Shown: in pieces, positions 63,039 through 64,000 of the stretch
How positions within the stretch are numbered: the stretch's first letter is position 1
How the letters are laid out: every line of letters starts with the position of its first letter
Assembly (NCBI GenBank): GCA_031423255.1
Contig: JANPFD010000042.1
Coordinates: 24,356-88,355, forward strand
Source: Myxococcales bacterium
Lineage (GTDB): Bacteria; Myxococcota_A; Polyangia; Fen-1088
DNA: 64,000 nt
Direction of reading: 5' to 3'
Made by a program: the position numbers and the translations under genes
The notes under the pieces: model-generated
The model's input: the letters and a program-made list of their open reading frames with translations, nothing else
The model's database searches: none
What the model was told of the DNA's origin: nothing

Positions 63039-63329
63039 GATCGCTGGATGTTTCGACGCCCGGCGCTGTTGATTCCGGCACTGCTGCTAGGGGCCATCCT
63101 GTACTGGGGTGCGGCGTTCGGGCTGGGCGGACTGTCACTGGCGCTGCTGACGCCCGACCCCGAACTGGAGATCGTGCCGCAGGGCGATGTCGAGGACGCC
63201 ATCGTCGTGCGTTTGCAGGAGGAACCACCCCCTCCGGTGTGTGAGTCGTCGGAAATCGGCCTTACGTCTTACTGATCTCGTACTGAAAATTGGCAGCCGC
63301 GCTCGTCGGTTGTTACGATCAGAACTCGC

Positions 63330-64000
63330 ATGTCCGACGAAAAGCGAGTTCTGCGTTGCGTCCCGCTCCTTCCGCTCCGTGACATCGTCGTCTTCCCGCA
63401 CATGGTCGTGCCCCTGTTCGTGGGCCGGGAGAAGTCGATTGGCGCGCTCGAGGAAGTGACGGCGCGAGGCGCCTACAAGGAGATTTTCCTGTCGGCGCAG
63501 CGGCGCGCCAAGACCAATGAGCCGGTGCCGGACGACATCTTCCCGATCGGCACGCTGGCCAGCATCATCCAGCTGCTGCGCTTGCCCGATGGCACCGTCA
63601 AGGTGCTGGTCGAGGGTAAGCGGCGCGCGGTGATCCGCAAGTTCGTCCAGACCGACGGCTTCTTCCTGGTCGAGGCCGAGGAGATGGCCGACCCCGTCGA
63701 GCGGTCGGTGGAAATGGAGGGGCTGCTTCGCGAGGTGCACACCACCTTCGACGCCTACGTGAAGCTGAACAAGAGGCTCGCTCCGGAGATCCTCGTGTCG
63801 GTGCAGTCCATCGAGGATGCCGGGCAACTCGCCGACACCATCGCCGGCCAGCTGCAGCTGAAGATCGCCGACAAGCAGCAGCTGCTGGAGACGGTATCGC
63901 CGCTCCAGCGCCTGACGAAGCTGTACGAGCTCCTCAAGGCGGAGATGGAGATTCTCCAGGTCGAGCGGAAGATTCGCACGCGCGTGAAGCGCCAGATGGA
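63330..64000 (+). CDS. lon: Lon protease, N-terminal part (continues past the window end)
   Basis: ATG at 63330. [27 protein letters not shown] is the Lon N-terminal domain. The frame is open to the window end. Confidence 0.85.
   Translation, partial: MSDEKRVLRCVPLLPLRDIVVFPHMVVPLFVGREKSIGALEEVTARGAYKEIFLSAQRRAKTNEPVPDDIFPIGTLASIIQLLRLPDGTVKVLVEGKRRAVIRKFVQTDGFFLVEAEEMADPVERSVEMEGLLREVHTTFDAYVKLNKRLAPEILVSVQSIEDAGQLADTIAGQLQLKIADKQQLLETVSPLQRLTKLYELLKAEMEILQVERKIRTRVKRQM

Noticed and set aside
63048-63275. 75-codon ORF between clpX and lon
   Set aside because: Short, no motif, and located in a region that is normally intergenic in the clpX-lon arrangement. Cannot be supported from sequence alone.

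Overview
This is a 64 kb stretch of a very high-GC (about 70 %) bacterial chromosome. The gene content looks Myxococcales-like: an FHA-domain sigma-54 activator, Myxococcus-type cysteine-rich repeats (CGNG...EECDDGN), a Ser/Thr kinase paired with an ECF sigma factor, and many lipobox and Tat signal peptides. I can support about 50 coding genes. No rRNA, tRNA, CRISPR array or obvious mobile element is visible.

Housekeeping anchors:
- tig, clpP, clpX and a partial lon at the 3' end.
- pyrE, tag, tsaE, ku, apaG, the modABC molybdate transporter, a pterin-4a-carbinolamine dehydratase, and a hybrid histidine kinase.

Accessory content is dominated by secreted and lipoprotein genes of unknown function:
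- Three paralogous Tat-exported DUF1552 genes plus one decayed remnant. Two of the three are paired with a CxxCH-containing lipoprotein of the DUF1592/DUF1588 class.
- Four concanavalin-A-like (LamG) secreted proteins plus one remnant. One of them carries a PA14 domain.
- A giant (2915 aa) cyclic beta-1,2-glucan synthase-like gene (glycosyltransferase domain + GH94).
- A lipoprotein whose C-terminus looks like a phage tail-fibre S74 intramolecular chaperone domain.
- Two unrelated cysteine-repeat proteins.
- A divergent ECF sigma gene and a transmembrane Ser/Thr kinase carrying an anti-sigma-like zinc finger and C-type lectin domains.
- A predicted lipoprotein fusing lamin-tail domains to PEP-utilising-enzyme domains in permuted order.

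All calls rest on motifs read by eye from the translations. No database search was run.
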